Counted from the stretch's first letter, positions 1-9,558 are shown. The stretch: DNA of 64,000 nucleotides from Chloroflexota bacterium (GCA_021802825.1 JAJZRG010000011.1:2581-66580); one strand, 5' to 3'. Translations and numbers: made by a program. Notes: a model not told the origin generated them from the letters alone.

Positions 1-1
1 G

Positions 2-2272
2 CTCGCCCGAGGGATCCTCGACGGGATCCTGTCAACCGCCAGGTCCCTCAGGGACGGCGCACTCGCCGGCGTCCGCTCGGTGGTGAGCGGCATCACCACG
101 GCAGCGCGCGGCGTGGTCGGCCGGCTGTTCGGGGCGGTGTCGACGGTCATGGCAAGCGTCAGGGCAGCGGTGACCGCCGCCGTCGGGCGGGCGATGCGCG
201 GCGAGCCGCTGATCCCGAACATGCTCGCCCCGGTCATCGCTTTCCTGAACCGCCTGTTCGGCGACATCCCGGGGCGCATTGTCAGGCTCATCGCGCAGCT
301 CACCCAGGCGGCGAACGGTCTCGTGGACCGGCTGATCGGCGGGATCGCGTCGCTGAGCCAGCGCGTCACGGCCGGCATCGCAAGCCTGGCCGCCAGGCTG
401 CAGGCCGGGGTGACGGCGGCGGCCAACGCCATCACGGGCCTGGCCGGCCGGGCGGCGGCCCTCGTGAGCGGGCTCCCCGGGATCCTCCGCTCGGCGATCA
501 GCTGGATCGTGAACCGCCTGCTCGCCGCCGTGCGCAGTGCTGTTCGACGGATCGAGCAGATCGTCAACGCGTTCATCGGCCGGCTCGCGGCCAGGATCCA
601 GGCGTGGGTCGCCGCCCAGGCGGCGCGGATCATCGGGCTGGTCAACCGCGTCCGCAACGCCATCATGGCGGTCGCCACCGTGATCGCGAACCTCGTGCGT
701 GCCGCGCTCTCGAGGCTGGCCGCCTTCCGAAGCTGGCTGATCGCGGCCGCGCTGGCCATCCTCGGCCGTGCCCTGCGCCGGATCATGGAGCCGCTCAAGC
801 AGGCCCTGCTGCGGCTGCTCATGAGCCGGATCGGGCCGCTGATCCAGGCGGCCATCGCCACCGCCCGCACGATGTTCCCGAACGGGCTGCCCACGCCGCA
901 GTCGGTGATCCAGGCGCAGGCCCAGGCGGCAGGCGAGGCCGCCGGCCAGGCCGAGCAGTCGATCCTCAACGGCCTGGTCCACCCCGAGGGCGACCACTTC
1001 AGCATGGGCTTCCAGCTGGGCGGTGACATCTCAGAGGGCGCTGGCGTGTCTGCTGGCGGTGGCGCGTCGCTGGAAGTGGTCATGGACTACCGTCGCGGCG
1101 ACATCGGCTTCTTCGTCGCCCCGGGCGGCGGCGCGCAGGTGAGCGTCGGCGACATCGGGGCGACCGGCCACCTGTCCGGCGCGATGACGTGGGGCACGGT
1201 CGGCTCCTTTGGCGACGCCAACAAGGACGTGCTCCAGGGCTGGGGCGGCTGGTTCACCAACGCGAGCTATGGCGTCCAGGGTGGCCTCGCGGAGGGCGTC
1301 GGGCTCGCGGTCCAGTCGGGTGGCGTCATCTCGGTGGGCGGCTCGACCGACTTCGGCACCATCGGCTCGTACACCCCCCTGGGCGCCGACCAGCACCTCG
1401 TCCCGGGCGAGAAGACCGTCGGGCCGCCCACGCCGGGCACGCCCGACATGCACGACGTCGTCGCCCTGGGTGAGGTCCTGTTCCCGACCCAGAGCGCCGA
1501 GGTTGACGCCCTGGGTGGCGCCGGGGCGATCTCGACGGCCGCATCCACCGCCAATGACTACCCGCAGGGCCACGACGGCGCGCGCGTCACCTCCATCGAG
1601 GTCACGGGCGAGGCGAGCCGCGGCTGGCGCCACGCACCGCCCGGGGGCAGCCGAGAGGAGTCGAACCGCGACCTCGCGCTGCGGCGCGCGCAGAACGTCG
1701 TGGGGCGGCTCGCGCCGATGGTGCCGGGCATCTCAGTGCGAGGCATCGGCGCGGGCGACAACGCAGCCGCCCGGGCCGGCAAGCCGGAGACCGACCTGAG
1801 CCCCGAGGACCAGCGCGCGACGATGTACGGCTCCGTGTTCCGCCAGGGGACGCCAGACCAGCCCGGCGCGGTCACGCAGCAGCCGGGCCACATGGAGGGC
1901 CAACCGTTCCAGGTCAATGCCGGGGTCCCGAACCCGTTTGCGTCCGGGCGGTCCGCGTGGGGCTGGGACACGTCGGTGAGCGTCGCGGGCCTCGCGGGGG
2001 CGACAGGCGAGCTCGGCGTATACGGCGGCCTCGGCGCCAGCTACTCGTTCCCCATTGGCAAGGCCCATTTCGACGCCACCACGATGGCGATGACGCGCAT
2101 CATCTTCGGCCTGGTCAAGATCATCGGCGACGTGGAGACCGGCAGCCCGCTGGGCGTGATCCGGGACGCGATCGGCATGGGCTGGGGCGTCGAGGAGCTG
2201 GTCACCTCGCTGTTCGGCCAGGCGATCGGCGACTGGACTATCCCCCTCCCGCCCGGCGTGGCCGTGGCCTAG
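2..2272 (+). CDS. Large hypothetical protein, 5'-truncated by the window edge: amphipathic helical region, Gly-rich beta region and an OmpA-like C-terminal-type domain
   Basis: The frame of ORF 80..2272 is open back to base 2. The segment EVLFPTQSAEVD...IEVTGEAS...NRDLALRRAQNV...GIGAG...EDQRA (about 1454-1828) matches the OmpA-like pattern by eye. Confidence 0.7.
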   Translation, partial: LARGILDGILSTARSLRDGALAGVRSVVSGITTAARGVVGRLFGAVSTVMASVRAAVTAAVGRAMRGEPLIPNMLAPVIAFLNRLFGDIPGRIVRLIAQLTQAANGLVDRLIGGIASLSQRVTAGIASLAARLQAGVTAAANAITGLAGRAAALVSGLPGILRSAISWIVNRLLAAVRSAVRRIEQIVNAFIGRLAARIQAWVAAQAARIIGLVNRVRNAIMAVATVIANLVRAALSRLAAFRSWLIAAALAILGRALRRIMEPLKQALLRLLMSRIGPLIQAAIATARTMFPNGLPTPQSVIQAQAQAAGEAAGQAEQSILNGLVHPEGDHFSMGFQLGGDISEGAGVSAGGGASLEVVMDYRRGDIGFFVAPGGGAQVSVGDIGATGHLSGAMTWGTVGSFGDANKDVLQGWGGWFTNASYGVQGGLAEGVGLAVQSGGVISVGGSTDFGTIGSYTPLGADQHLVPGEKTVGPPTPGTPDMHDVVALGEVLFPTQSAEVDALGGAGAISTAASTANDYPQGHDGARVTSIEVTGEASRGWRHAPPGGSREESNRDLALRRAQNVVGRLAPMVPGISVRGIGAGDNAAARAGKPETDLSPEDQRATMYGSVFRQGTPDQPGAVTQQPGHMEGQPFQVNAGVPNPFASGRSAWGWDTSVSVAGLAGATGELGVYGGLGASYSFPIGKAHFDATTMAMTRIIFGLVKIIGDVETGSPLGVIRDAIGMGWGVEELVTSLFGQAIGDWTIPLPPGVAVA

Positions 2273-2301
2273 GCTGACAACCCCAACTCCGGAGACCCCG
2301 C

Positions 2302-2859
2302 ATGCCGCTCCCTCCCCCCGACGCACCGCCCTCCGGGAACCCGCCGGTGCTCTGGACCTCGCCCGCTGGCGAGTCGCCGGCTGTCAGCGCCGACGGTCGG
2401 GGGGCCGTGGGTTCCGCGACCTTCGCGCCCGCCGCCTTCCGTGACGTGGTCATCGACGCGGTCGTGGAGCTCGAGACCGGCGGGGACGACGCAGCCTGCG
2501 GACTGTTCTTCCGCCAGGTGGACGAGCACAACTACCTCGGCTTCAGCGTCACCGCTGGCGGTCGCGCCGTCGTGTTCGCGATTGAGGGCGGCCAGCTCCG
2601 AGTGCTGGCCGACGGGCCGATCCCGGACGAGGCGCCCTACGCGCGCGGCATCCCGGCGGCGAACCGCCTGACGATCGTGACCGCCGGCCCGTCGATCACC
2701 TGCATCGTGAACGGCTACGTACTCGTGGGTGTCATCGTGGACCCGCGGTACAAGGAGGGCCTGGCAGGGGCACTGGTCGTGCCCGGGCAGGCGGGCGTGG
2801 CCGCGTCGGCGCGCGTCCGCTGGGCGCAGGTCCGCGCGCTGCTGCCGGACCAGCGCTAG
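2302..2859 (+). CDS. Hypothetical beta-sandwich protein (concanavalin/DUF1080-like)
   Basis: 185 aa ORF with GGAG upstream of ATG. The pattern CGLFFRQVDEHNYLGFSV...NRLTIV...ITCIVNG resembles DUF1080-type lectin folds. Confidence 0.55.
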   Translation: MPLPPPDAPPSGNPPVLWTSPAGESPAVSADGRGAVGSATFAPAAFRDVVIDAVVELETGGDDAACGLFFRQVDEHNYLGFSVTAGGRAVVFAIEGGQLRVLADGPIPDEAPYARGIPAANRLTIVTAGPSITCIVNGYVLVGVIVDPRYKEGLAGALVVPGQAGVAASARVRWAQVRALLPDQR

Positions 2860-2872
2860 CGATTCCTCCTCG

Positions 2873-3706
2873 TCAGGCGCCGACCGGGGTGCCCGTGAGG
2901 TCGATCGCGACCTCCAGTCCGAGGTCGTCGCTCGCCTCGGCCAGCTCGCCCGCCTCGACCTCTTCGGGATCGGCCCCTTCTGCCCCGGCGAACACGTCGT
3001 CGCCAGCCGCGTCGAACAGCGCGGCATCGACCGCTTCGGCGACGTGACCCTCGGGCGCGGCGAACATCGCCAGCTGGTCGCCCGCCAGCAGCACTTGGAG
3101 CGCCTGCCAGCTCCTGCGGTGGTGCGGAGTCAGCCCATGCGCCCGAATGGCATCGCGGTGCTCGAGGGTCGCATACCCGGCGTTGCGCTCCCAGCCGTAT
3201 TGCGGGTAGCGGACGGCGAGGCGGTGCATCATCCGGTCGCGGACGGTCTTGGCGATCACCGAGGCGCAGGCGATCGAGTAGACCAGGGCGTCACCGTCCA
3301 CGATCGCCGTGTAGGGACCGACCTGCTGCTCGAAGTTGGCGATCCGGAGGCCGTCAACCAGGACGTGGTCGTGGTCGCCCAGCCGGGCGATCGCGCGGCG
3401 CATCGCGAGGTGGGTCGCGTGGTAGATGTTCAGCCGGTCGATGTCGGCCACGGAGGCAGCGCCCACGCCCACCGCCACAGCGCGCCGCCGGATGATGGGG
3501 GCCAGCCGCTCGCGCTGCGCGGCTGACAGCGTCTTGGAGTCGCGGACGCCCGCGATGCGCTTGCAGTTGGGGGGCATGATCACCGCGGCCGCCACCACCG
3601 CGCCGCAGGTGGGGGCCACGCCCACCTCGTCCACGCCCACGACGCGCGATGCCCCCGCCCGCCAGAGCGGGCGCTCGAAGCGGAGGGTGGGGACGATCAC
3701 GGCCAT
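2873..3706 (-). CDS. rnhB: Ribonuclease HII
   Basis: GVDE, VRDSKTL, LVDG, SIACASVIAKTVRD and GY motifs; acidic C-terminal tail. Confidence 0.93.
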   Translation of the reverse strand: MAVIVPTLRFERPLWRAGASRVVGVDEVGVAPTCGAVVAAAVIMPPNCKRIAGVRDSKTLSAAQRERLAPIIRRRAVAVGVGAASVADIDRLNIYHATHLAMRRAIARLGDHDHVLVDGLRIANFEQQVGPYTAIVDGDALVYSIACASVIAKTVRDRMMHRLAVRYPQYGWERNAGYATLEHRDAIRAHGLTPHHRRSWQALQVLLAGDQLAMFAAPEGHVAEAVDAALFDAAGDDVFAGAEGADPEEVEAGELAEASDDLGLEVAIDLTGTPVGA

Positions 3707-3754
3707 CGCCGACTAGCGTAGCGCCGTCCGGCGATCAGCGGCACACTCGTCGTC

Positions 3755-4582
3755 ATGCTTCGACAATTCCGCCAGGTCGACGTCTTCACCACCGGTCCCG
3801 GCCTCGGCAACCCGCTCGCCGTGGTCCTCGACGCCTCAGGCCTCTCCCCCGCCGAGATGCAGCGCTTCGCGCGCTGGACGAACCTGTCCGAGACGACGTT
3901 CGTCCTGCCGACGGACGATCCGGCCGCGGACTACGCGGTCCGCATCTTCACCCCCGAGTCCGAGCTGCCCTTCGCCGGCCATCCCACGCTCGGGACGTGC
4001 CACGCCTGGCTGGAGGCGGGCGGCCGACCGCGCGACACCGGCCGCATTGTGCAGCTGTGCGCGGCCGGGCTGATCGAGATCCGGCGGCAGGGCGACGGGC
4101 TCGCCTTCGGCGCTCCCCCGCTCCGCCGCTCGGGACCCGTCGACGAGGCGGACCTAGTCGCCATCGCCGCCTCGCTGGGAATCGAGCGGACCGACATCAT
4201 CGACGCCGCCTGGGCAGACAACGGGCCCGGATGGGTGGCGCTGCTGCTGCGGGACGCCGAGGCCGTGCTGGACGTCCGGCCCGGCGCGATCGCGTTCGAC
4301 ATCGGCCTCGTCGGCCTCTACCCGCCGGGTTCCCCCGAGGCGATCGAGGTGCGCGGCCTGTTCCCGCTGAACGGGATGACGGTCGAGGACCCGGTCACGG
4401 GCAGCCTCAATGCCTCAGTCGCCCAGTGGCTGCTCGCGACCGGGCGCATTCAGGCGCCGTATGTCGCGAGCCAGGGCGGCGCGATCGGGCGTGCCGGGCG
4501 CGTCGAGGTGTCCCAGGCCGACGGCCGCGTGTTCGTGGGCGGCCGGTCGCTCACGCTCGTCAGCGGGACGGTCAACCTCTAG
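3755..4582 (+). CDS. PhzF family isomerase/epimerase
   Basis: VDVFT...GNPLAVV, NLSETTF, ELPFAGHPTLG and EDPVTGS motifs. Confidence 0.93.
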   Translation: MLRQFRQVDVFTTGPGLGNPLAVVLDASGLSPAEMQRFARWTNLSETTFVLPTDDPAADYAVRIFTPESELPFAGHPTLGTCHAWLEAGGRPRDTGRIVQLCAAGLIEIRRQGDGLAFGAPPLRRSGPVDEADLVAIAASLGIERTDIIDAAWADNGPGWVALLLRDAEAVLDVRPGAIAFDIGLVGLYPPGSPEAIEVRGLFPLNGMTVEDPVTGSLNASVAQWLLATGRIQAPYVASQGGAIGRAGRVEVSQADGRVFVGGRSLTLVSGTVNL

Positions 4583-4604
4583 GAGCTGGTAGGGCTTCGC
4601 GACG

Positions 4605-4720
4605 CTGCGTCCCCGCGGCCTGTGAAGTTCCTCGTGGCGCAGGAATCGCACGACCCCCGGGCGGACCTCGGGGGTCGGTGCGTTCGGATCGCCGGGGCGC
4701 GTTCGGCTGCGGGGACGCGG
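4605..4720. repeat. Nested palindromic intergenic element (REP-like element or bidirectional terminator)
   Basis: 16-bp inverted repeat 4605-4620/4705-4720 (14/16 match) enclosing a hairpin 4648-4681, between convergent phzF-like and rplS genes. Confidence 0.6.
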
Positions 4721-4733
4721 CCCGCGGAGGTGC

Positions 4734-5078
4734 CTAGCGGCGCTCGCGAAGCGTCGTGGCCGCCTTGCCGACGCGGTTGCGCAGGAAGTACAGCTTGGCG
4801 CGGCGGACCTGGCCGTGGCGGACGACCTCGATCTTCTCGATGCGCGGGCTGTGGAGCTTGAACGTGCGCTCCACGCCGACGCCGGACGCGATGCGGCGGA
4901 CGGTGATCGCCGAGGCGACGCCCGCGTTGCGCACGCGCATCACGAGGCCCTCGAAGACCTGGACGCGTTCGCGGTTGCCCTCGATGACCCTTGCCGACAC
5001 CTTGACGGTGTCGCCCGGGGTGATGACGGGCAGGTCGGTTCGCAGCTGGTCGGCCACGATCTCGTTGAGCACGTTCAC
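4734..5078 (-). CDS. rplS: 50S ribosomal protein L19
   Basis: PGDTVKV...RVQVFEG...[13 protein letters not shown]...RRAKLYFLR. Start placed at GTG 5078 behind AAGGA. Confidence 0.97.
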   Translation of the reverse strand: MNVLNEIVADQLRTDLPVITPGDTVKVSARVIEGNRERVQVFEGLVMRVRNAGVASAITVRRIASGVGVERTFKLHSPRIEKIEVVRHGQVRRAKLYFLRNRVGKAATTLRERR

Positions 5079-5256
5079 GGTGAGCAGTCCTTGTTGAGTC
5101 GTCGGCAGCGGCGGCTGCGGTTCGCGGATTCGAGGAGCGGCGCGCGCCGCAGAGGGCAAGGCCGACGGCGGAGAATAGCATGCCGACGCGCTCGTGTCAG
5201 TCGGCGTGAGCCCTCCTGCCATGAGCCGACGCCCTGGCGTTCGGTCGCCTCAGCGG

Positions 5257-5394
5257 CGACGATTCTGGCACCCGACGGTCGATACGTCGTCTGGGCGGCG
5301 ACGTACCGACCGAAATGGCGGCACCGGCGAGTCGGCGGCGGTCGGATCGTCGCTCCAGGGTCGACGTCGCGACGGGAGAGCTCCGGAATCGTCG
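5257..5394. repeat. Palindromic element with terminal inverted repeats
   Basis: 12-bp inverted repeat 5257-5268/5383-5394 (11/12) and internal hairpin 5278-5291/5297-5310 (12/14). Confidence 0.5.
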
Positions 5395-5463
5395 ACGCAG
5401 CGGCAACTCGGGGGTGGGGCTCGGCAGGGGGTGCGCGACCCAGCAACGAGTCCCCGACCCAGC

Positions 5464-6198
5464 TCAGGGATCCCGCGGCTCGGACCGCACCTCGGCGAGG
5501 AGCTTCGCCTCCTCCTTGGTCAGCGCCCGACCCTCGAGCAGGTCCGGACGCCGCTCCAGCGTCCGGCGCAGCGATTCCCGCAGGCGCCACTGGCGAACCT
5601 GCTCGTGGTGGCCAGACACCAGGACGTGCGGCACCGATACCCCGTCGAACTCCGCCGGGCGCGTGTACTGCGGGTACTCGAGCAGCCCGGCGGCGAATGA
5701 CTCCTCCGCCGTGGACGCGTCGTCGATCGCGCCCGGCAGGAGCCGGATCACGGCGTCGATGACCACGAGCGCCGCAAGCTCGCCCCCGGTCAGCACGTAG
5801 TCTCCGATCGAGATCTCACGGTCGCACATCGCGCGGACCCGATCGTCCACGCCCTCGTAGCGCGGGCACAGGAAGACGAGGTGCGAACTCCCTGCCAGCG
5901 CGTGCGCCACCGACTGGCGGAACACCTCTCCCGCGGGGTCGAGGAGGATGACGACGCTGTCGGGGCGGCGCAGGTCCGCGAGCGCCGCGGCCACGACGTC
6001 GGCCCGCAGGACCATGCCCGCTCCCCCGCCGTACGTGTAGTCGTCGACGGTTCGATGCCTGCCCAGGCCCCAGCGGCGCAGGTCGTGGACGCGGATCGCC
6101 GCGAGGCCCTGCTCCTGGATGCGCGCGGGGATGCTCTCGCGGATCGGCCCCTCGACCATCGGCGGGAAGAGCGTCAGGACGTCGATCTCGAGGGGCAT
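5464..6198 (-). CDS. trmD: tRNA (guanine37-N1)-methyltransferase
   Basis: IDVLTLFP, VDDYTYGGGAGMVL, EISIGDYVLTGGE and LLEYPQYTRP motifs. Confidence 0.97.
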   Translation of the reverse strand: MPLEIDVLTLFPPMVEGPIRESIPARIQEQGLAAIRVHDLRRWGLGRHRTVDDYTYGGGAGMVLRADVVAAALADLRRPDSVVILLDPAGEVFRQSVAHALAGSSHLVFLCPRYEGVDDRVRAMCDREISIGDYVLTGGELAALVVIDAVIRLLPGAIDDASTAEESFAAGLLEYPQYTRPAEFDGVSVPHVLVSGHHEQVRQWRLRESLRRTLERRPDLLEGRALTKEEAKLLAEVRSEPRDP

Positions 6199-6923
6199 CA
6201 GGCGTCGGGGCCCGGCTCGGGCGCCGCGTCGCGTGGCGCGCCCGGGGCAGCGGGCTGGGTCTCGGGCGCGCCCGGCCTTGGCGGCCCCGCCCGACGCTTC
6301 GGCTGTTTGCGCGGCCGCCGGTCGCGCGGTCGCACGTAGTCCTCGTCCTCGACCGGCCGGGCGTCGAGCGCGAGCGAGTCGAGGTCCACGACCATCACGC
6401 CGCGCTCCGGCGCGAGCTCGGTGACGATGCCCCGCACGCCGGGCACGTCGAACTCGCCCCGCGGGCCGCGGACGACGAACACCTCAGCCCCACCGGCGCG
6501 ATAAATGTCCGTGATCGTGCCCATCGCCTCGCCCCGTGTGGAGGTCACGGCGAGGCCGATGAGCTCGTGCCACAGCCAGCGCCCCTCCTCGCGGGGCTCG
6601 TCGGGCTGGACGATCTCGAGATAGCGGTCGCGCAGCCGCTCCTCGGCCGCGCTGCGGTCGCCGATCTCGCGGAAGCGCAGCCACCAGCCCCGGCCATCGG
6701 CGACGGGCGTGGCCTCGGCGATGGTCAGGCGCTCGTCGGTGCCCTCTAGGAACAGGGTGGCGCCCACGGGGAAGCGGTTCTCGGGGCGGTCGGTCAGGAG
6801 CTCGACGCGGACATGGCCCCGCAGCCCGCGGAATCCGCGGACCAGCGCGACCACGAGGCGCGGCCTCTCTCCGTTACGCGGCGACGGCGATTCGCCGCCG
6901 CGCGACGCGGCGCGGGGAGCCAA
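6198..6923 (-). CDS. rimM: Ribosome maturation factor RimM
   Basis: GLRGHVRV and LIGLAV...G.ITDI motifs; lies between khpA and trmD; Pro/Arg-rich C-terminal tail. Confidence 0.88.
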   Translation of the reverse strand: MAPRAASRGGESPSPRNGERPRLVVALVRGFRGLRGHVRVELLTDRPENRFPVGATLFLEGTDERLTIAEATPVADGRGWWLRFREIGDRSAAEERLRDRYLEIVQPDEPREEGRWLWHELIGLAVTSTRGEAMGTITDIYRAGGAEVFVVRGPRGEFDVPGVRGIVTELAPERGVMVVDLDSLALDARPVEDEDYVRPRDRRPRKQPKRRAGPPRPGAPETQPAAPGAPRDAAPEPGPDA

Positions 6924-6930
6924 CGCCCCC

Positions 6931-7164
6931 TCAGACGATCTCGAGGCTGACCGGCTCGCCGGAGCGGGCGGATGTCACCTTGAGCAGGGTGCGCAGCGCC
7001 TTGGCGACGCTGCCGTTGCGGCCGATGACCTTGCCCATGTCGGACTCGGCCACGTGCAACTCGATGATGGTCCCGTCCTCGGCGTTGACGACCTCGACGT
7101 GCACGGCGTCGACATCATCGACGAGGGCCTTCGCGACGTACTCGACCAGATCTGCGGCGGCCAT
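6931..7164 (-). CDS. khpA: KH-domain RNA-binding protein KhpA
   Basis: DMGKVIGRNGSVAKALRTLL; conserved position after rpsP. Confidence 0.92.
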   Translation of the reverse strand: MAAADLVEYVAKALVDDVDAVHVEVVNAEDGTIIELHVAESDMGKVIGRNGSVAKALRTLLKVTSARSGEPVSLEIV

Positions 7165-7172
7165 CGTCGGGC

Positions 7173-7427
7173 CTACTTGAAGCTCGGCGTGACGCCGGCC
7201 TGCTTGAGCAACCGCCTGACGGTGTCCGACGGCTGGGCGCCCTTGGACAGCCAGTCCTTGGCCTTCGCCTCGTCGATGACGAGTTCGATCGGGTCGGTTC
7301 GCGGGTTGTAGTGGCCGATCGTGTCGATCGCACGGCCGTCACGGGCGGAGCGGGCGTCGGCCACGACGAGGCGGTAGGTCGGCTGCTTGGTCGCCCCAAC
7401 TCGGGTGAGGCGGATACGGACGGACAT
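7173..7427 (-). CDS. rpsP: 30S ribosomal protein S16
   Basis: VRIRLTRVG...YRLVVADARSARDGRAIDTIGHYNP. Confidence 0.98.
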   Translation of the reverse strand: MSVRIRLTRVGATKQPTYRLVVADARSARDGRAIDTIGHYNPRTDPIELVIDEAKAKDWLSKGAQPSDTVRRLLKQAGVTPSFK

Positions 7428-7497
7428 GCGCTTGGTTACTCCTCTTGGCGTGCGGACCTTGGGCGGGGCCCGCCGGCGGCGGGGCCCATGGATGCTC

Positions 7498-9558
7498 TTA
7501 GTGCTTGGTGGACAGAGTCAGCGTCCCCCGCAGCAGGTCGCCATCGACCAGATTGACCGCGACGAGTGCGTCGAGCGGGAGCAGGTAGGGCCGGACATCG
7601 GCTTCGTACTTGGCCTTGTTGGTCGCGGGGAGGATCCCCTCCACGAGCTCCCGGGTGGCCGTGAGATCGAGCCACACAAGCCCGGCGTTCTGCGTCCCCG
7701 CCGGGCCGAGCAGCGCCGAGAAGCGCGCGTCCTTGGCCAGCGAGTCGCCGCCCTGCGAGGCGTCGATCACCGCCTTGGCGAAACCGGGGTCCAGCGTCAC
7801 CACGGCCACCTTGTCGGTCACCGCGTAGACGAGCTGGAGGTCGGACGGGACGGCTATCCCCGGTGAGCCCATGCTCGACTGGAGCATCGGCGCCATCGCG
7901 GACAGATCGACGCTCGTGATCTTGGCCCCCTTGTAGTCCTCGTCCCTGAAGGCCGGGCCCAAACCTCCCCCGGCCAGCTCCAGGAGGCCACGCAGCTGGG
8001 TGAAGAGCCGCGTCGCGGCGGCCGCGTCGTCCGGCCGGATCAGGAGGCCGCCCGAGACCTTCGAGCCGTCACGGGTGACCGCGAACCCGGCGTCGCCGAT
8101 CCAGCCGACGGTGGCCGAGAAGCCGCCAGCCAGGTTGAGGGCCGTGTCGAGCTGCTTGACGTAGGCCTGGAGCTTGGGCTCGGCCGCGAACTTGTCCTTC
8201 AGCGACCCGAGCATCTTGCCCAGGTCATGCGCGTCCATCAGGGCGATAGTCTTCGCTGGGGCGAGCGCGGCGAGGTCCGAGGCGCGGTTCGTCCCGGCTT
8301 GGTAGTCCTGCCTCGGCTGCACGGTGTCGAGGACGAAGTTGCCGTTCGACGCCTTGAGGTCGCCCGCGATCCACTCCGGCAGCAGGTCGGCGAGGACGCC
8401 GTAGGCGGCGGTCGCTGTGCCGGCGCTGTCGCCCGCCGCGCCGCTGATGGTGCCCATGCTGGCGGCCTGGGCCTTGACCATCGCCTGGACGGCCTGGTAG
8501 AGCATGCCGACGTGGTCACCGGGCAGCGATGCCACGGCCTTCTGGAAGTTGGCGACGGTGCTGAGGCCTGCTGTGCCCTTCGTGGCAATGGCGAGGCGGA
8601 TCGAGTCGATGTCTCCCGCAACCAGGACCTTGCCGCCAAGGATGGCCCAGCCCATGTCGGGCATCCGGACGTAGCCGCCCGACCCCTGGACGACGTGGAC
8701 CACCACCCCGTCGCACGTGCGGTCGCTGGTCTTGGTGCCGGATTCGCCGAGGATCGAGCCCACCCATGCCTCGGCCTTCGTGGCGTCGGTCACGGTGGCG
8801 AGCAGGACCATTCGCAGGCTCATCGACGTCCTGCCGTGGGCGCCGGGCTCGTCGGAAGCTGCCGGCGTGGGCGCCGGGGTTGACGTGTCACCGCCGGTGC
8901 ACGGCGGGAGCGAGGCGGCGGGGCTGATCGTGGGGCTGGGGGCTGGCGACATGCCGCCGCCGGGGAACGGGGTGATCCCGCCAAGCCCGGCCTGCGGACC
9001 CTGGGTGACCGCGATCTGCCCGCCGAACCACGGGGCGATCTCGGTCTGGTAGTCGTGCTTGCCGCTTGAGGCAGCCCTCAGCACGCGGTCGAGCAGCTCG
9101 CCCAGCTTGGTGTTGAGCGCCGCCTGGTCTGCGAAGCCCGGGAAGGCGGCGAGCGCCTTCGCAACCTCCGCTCGCTGGCTGCCGGGCAGGTCCAGGCGGC
9201 CCTCGGCGTAGAGCACGGAGTCGGCCGGCGCGTAGCCCACGAGGGCCGACGCCCCGCCCGAGGAGCCCGTGAGCAGCAGGGTGGCGCCGATGCCGCTCGC
9301 GACGACGAGCACGACGACGAGCGCCGCCGCGGCGTAGCGCAGCGGGTTGCGGCGACGGGGCCGGGTGCCGGGCGCCGCCAGCGGAACCTCGAGGCCCGCC
9401 GGTGGCACGGGTGCGCCGTGGGTGGAGGTGGGGGCGCCCTGCGAGCTCGCCGTGCCGTAGGGCTGCGACGCCGTTGGGGGCTGGGCGGGAGCGACCGGCG
9501 GGGGCGGCGCGTCTGGCGCGGCGGGTGGCCTGAACGGCTGTGTCGGGTCCTGGTCCAT
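7498..9558 (-). CDS. Membrane-anchored exported protein, DUF3352-like
   Basis: Start moved to ATG 9558 behind GGAGGG. Pro-rich N-terminus, one TM helix, then LVGYAPADSVLYAE and EIAPWFGGQIAV typical of DUF3352 proteins. Confidence 0.65.
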   Translation of the reverse strand: MDQDPTQPFRPPAAPDAPPPPVAPAQPPTASQPYGTASSQGAPTSTHGAPVPPAGLEVPLAAPGTRPRRRNPLRYAAAALVVVLVVASGIGATLLLTGSSGGASALVGYAPADSVLYAEGRLDLPGSQRAEVAKALAAFPGFADQAALNTKLGELLDRVLRAASSGKHDYQTEIAPWFGGQIAVTQGPQAGLGGITPFPGGGMSPAPSPTISPAASLPPCTGGDTSTPAPTPAASDEPGAHGRTSMSLRMVLLATVTDATKAEAWVGSILGESGTKTSDRTCDGVVVHVVQGSGGYVRMPDMGWAILGGKVLVAGDIDSIRLAIATKGTAGLSTVANFQKAVASLPGDHVGMLYQAVQAMVKAQAASMGTISGAAGDSAGTATAAYGVLADLLPEWIAGDLKASNGNFVLDTVQPRQDYQAGTNRASDLAALAPAKTIALMDAHDLGKMLGSLKDKFAAEPKLQAYVKQLDTALNLAGGFSATVGWIGDAGFAVTRDGSKVSGGLLIRPDDAAAATRLFTQLRGLLELAGGGLGPAFRDEDYKGAKITSVDLSAMAPMLQSSMGSPGIAVPSDLQLVYAVTDKVAVVTLDPGFAKAVIDASQGGDSLAKDARFSALLGPAGTQNAGLVWLDLTATRELVEGILPATNKAKYEADVRPYLLPLDALVAVNLVDGDLLRGTLTLSTKH

